Assembly (NCBI GenBank): GCA_002269645.1
Contig: NIVC01001551.1
Location: forward strand, 186,001 to 250,000
Direction: 5' to 3'
DNA from: Macrostomum lignano
Taxonomy: Eukaryota
Length of the DNA stretch: 64,000 nt
The translations under genes and the position numbers were made by a program. Numbering within the stretch: the stretch's first letter is position 1; every line of letters starts with the position of its first letter. Below are positions 61,717 through 64,000 of the stretch, piece after piece. Below the pieces are notes generated by a model that was not told where the DNA came from, ran no database searches, and saw nothing but the letters and a program-made list of their open reading frames with translations.

Positions 61717-61930
61717 CTGGCAGTTTAGAGCAGTCCATCTTTTCTGGCCAGCTGAACCCGTACTGTCGCATCAGCGGCGCGCAGCCCTTCTTGGCGCGCA
61801 GGCAGACGGAGCGGCAGGCCGGCAGGTGCCTGTCGTAGTTGTGCATGCAGATTGGCACGTACATGCTGCAGAGGAAAAAGCGCAGGTCCTGGCTGCACGA
61901 GATTTCCACCAGCGGCCAGAACTGATGCAC
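61717..61930 (-). CDS. FZD5/8: Frizzled-5/8, CRD exon (upstream exon not found in window)
   Basis: ctttgcag|GTG; VHQFWPLVEISCSQDLRFFLCSMYVPIC...LPACRSVCLRAKKGCAPLMRQYGFSWPEKMDCSKLP G|GTGAGA; HQFWPLV and LMRQYGF are diagnostic of Fz5/8. Confidence 0.95.
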
Positions 61931-62029
61931 CTGCAAAGAGGAGAGCGAGTTGAAGTGCAGGGGGTTAAAAGTCTAGCTAAAATTAATAGGGAGAATAATC
62001 CATATTGTTCATTTGTCCATCAAAACTTC

Positions 62030-62638
62030 AGGATGTTCAGGAATCATTACAGTAGTTCAGGAATCATTACAGTAGTTCAGGAATCATTACAGTAGTTCAG
62101 GAATCATTACAGTAGTTCAGGAATCATTACAGTAGTTCAGGAATCATTACTGTAGTTTAGGAATCATTACAGTAGTTCAGGAATCATTACTGTAGTTCAG
62201 GAATCATTACAGTAGTTCAGGAATCATTACTGTAGTTTAGGAATCATTACTGTAGTTTAGGAATCATTACAGTAGTTCAGGAATCATTACTGTAGTTTAG
62301 GAATCATTACTGTAGTTTAGGAATCATTACTGTAGTTTAGGAATCATTACTGTAGTTCAGGAATCATTACAGTAGTTCAGGAATCATTACAGTAGTTCAG
62401 GAATCATTACAGTAGTTCAGGAATCATTACAGTAGTTCAGGAATCATTACAGTAGTTCAGGAATCATTACTGTAGTTCAGGAATCATTACTGTAGTTCAG
62501 GAATCATTACTGTAGTTCAGGAATCATTACAGTAGTTCAGGAATCATTACTGTAGTTCAGGAATCATTACTGTAGTTCAGGAATCATTACTGTAGTTCAG
62601 GAATCATTACTGTAGTTCAGGAATCATTACAGTAGTTA
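62030..62638. repeat. 20-bp minisatellite (GAATCATTAC[A/T]GTAGTTCAG)n
   Basis: About 30 units. Confidence 0.97.
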
Positions 62639-63311
62639 AGGCTTATTCGGGTAGCTCAAAATTATTCAGGTAGTTTGGCCACCCTTCACGCCCAAAAAAA
62701 ATTAATTGAATTTCAAGTTCTTAAGTATACACTATAGTAATTTATGACCTCATAATGTACATTACGGGATGTACATTAAAATAAGAGGAGAGAGATTGAG
62801 ACAGAGAGAGCCATGAGGTTGTCGCGCACTGGGGCGGCGCGGTTCAGTCGATTGAGTTCGACCCAGAGTCTCCGCAGCTGCCGTGCCGCCTCTGAGCTGA
62901 GCTACTAATCTCTGCTCCCTCATCCGTGTAGAAGGTCCAGCATCCCGGACAGGCCCATGAGAGAAAGTGTGCCAAAGGATTATAGAGAGTTGGCTAGGGG
63001 GGGTCTGGCACTGTTCGATATCCTTGTTAATTAATGTGGACGGATGGTGGACTGATTGCTGGGGTTGGGGGGAGGGAGCAGAGGATCTTCTTCTGCGGCT
63101 TCCTTCGAGCTGAGAACTTCATACTCTCCACTCTGTGTGCGCCGCTAGCTCGGGTTGCTGCCCCACAGGAATTCTCTTCCCCTCCCAGCGAGGACAAACT
63201 CGCAGAAAGTCCCCCCCCGAGCTGATCCGTTCGACCAGCCCCATTAGCCGCCTTTGATCTGCCCAGCTGCTGAGCTGCTGAGGGGACTCGGAGATGGACT
63301 GCTTCACGTCT

Positions 63312-64000
63312 AGCTGTCTAAGCATGTGTGTGTCTAAGCGTGTGTGTGTCTAAGCGTGTGTGTGTCTAAGCGTGTGTGTGTCTAAGCGTGTGTGTGTCTA
63401 AGCGTGTGTGTGTCTAAGCGTGTGTGTGTCTAAGCGTGTGTGTGTCTAAGCGTGTGTGTGTCTAAGCGTGTGTGTGTCTAAGCATGTGTGTGTGTGTCTA
63501 AGCATGCGTGTGTCTAAGCATGTGTGTGTCTAAGCATGTGTGTGTCTAAGCGTGTGTGTGTCTAAGCGTGTGTGTGTCTAAGCATGTGTGTGTGTGTCTA
63601 AGCATGCGTGTGTCTAAGCGTGTGTGTGTCTAAGCGTGTGTGTGTCTAAGCGTGTGTGTGTCTAAGCGTGTGTGTGTCTAAGCATGTGTGTGTGTGTCTA
63701 AGCATGCGTGTGTCTAAGCGTGTGTGTGTCTAAGCGTGTGTGTGTCTAAGCGTGTGTGTGTCTAAGCGTGTGTGTGTCTAAGCGTGTGTGTGTCTAAGCA
63801 TGTGTGTGTGTGTCTAAGCATGCGTGTGTCTAAGCATGTGTGTGTCTAAGCATGTGTGTGTCTAAGCGTGTGTGTGTCTAAGCGTGTGTGTGTCTAAGCA
63901 TGTGTGTGTGTGTCTAAGCATGCGTGTGTCTAAGCATGTGTGTGTGTGTCTAAGCATGCGTGTGTCTAAGCATGTGTGTGTCTAAGCATGTGTGTGTCTA
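63312..64000. repeat. About 16-bp repeat (TGTGTGTGTCTAAGC[G/A])n to the window end
   Basis: Direct reading. Confidence 0.97.

Noticed and set aside
62700-63310. Possible first exon of Frizzled-5/8
   Set aside because: No signal peptide or CEPI/GYN CRD start on the minus strand; the exon is probably beyond the window.

Overview
Eukaryotic (metazoan) genomic DNA with no prokaryotic features. GC-rich exons sit in introns and spacers filled with private mini- and microsatellites. The style suggests a free-living flatworm such as Macrostomum, but this is inference and was not verified. Genes reconstructed by hand from splice sites and reading frame: SUMO (+, 8663-8929); DTD1 (-, 2 exons); HINT3 (-, 4 exons, one GC-AG intron); an intronless type-II-membrane METTL24/Methyltransf_22-like gene with a tandem domain (-); an unrecognised multi-exon gene (+, about 24.4-27.6 kb, low confidence); an intronless ARHGAP11-like RhoGAP (-); a C12orf56/DUF4551-like gene (-, 5 exons, 699 aa); and Frizzled-5/8 (-, last 3 exons, 5' exon not found in the window). 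The most striking region is 38.2-43.9 kb: four adjacent repeat-built, Arg/His-rich ORFs with no family I recognise. Three have signal peptides and the fourth is missing from the ORF track. Other notable items: a minimal type I hammerhead ribozyme (51337-51381), a candidate METTL24-like/HINT3/DTD1 trans-spliced operon, head-to-tail Helitron-like junctions enclosing minisatellites, and three MITEs with intact 8-bp target-site duplications. Most long ORFs in the supplied track are translations of tandem repeats and are not genes.
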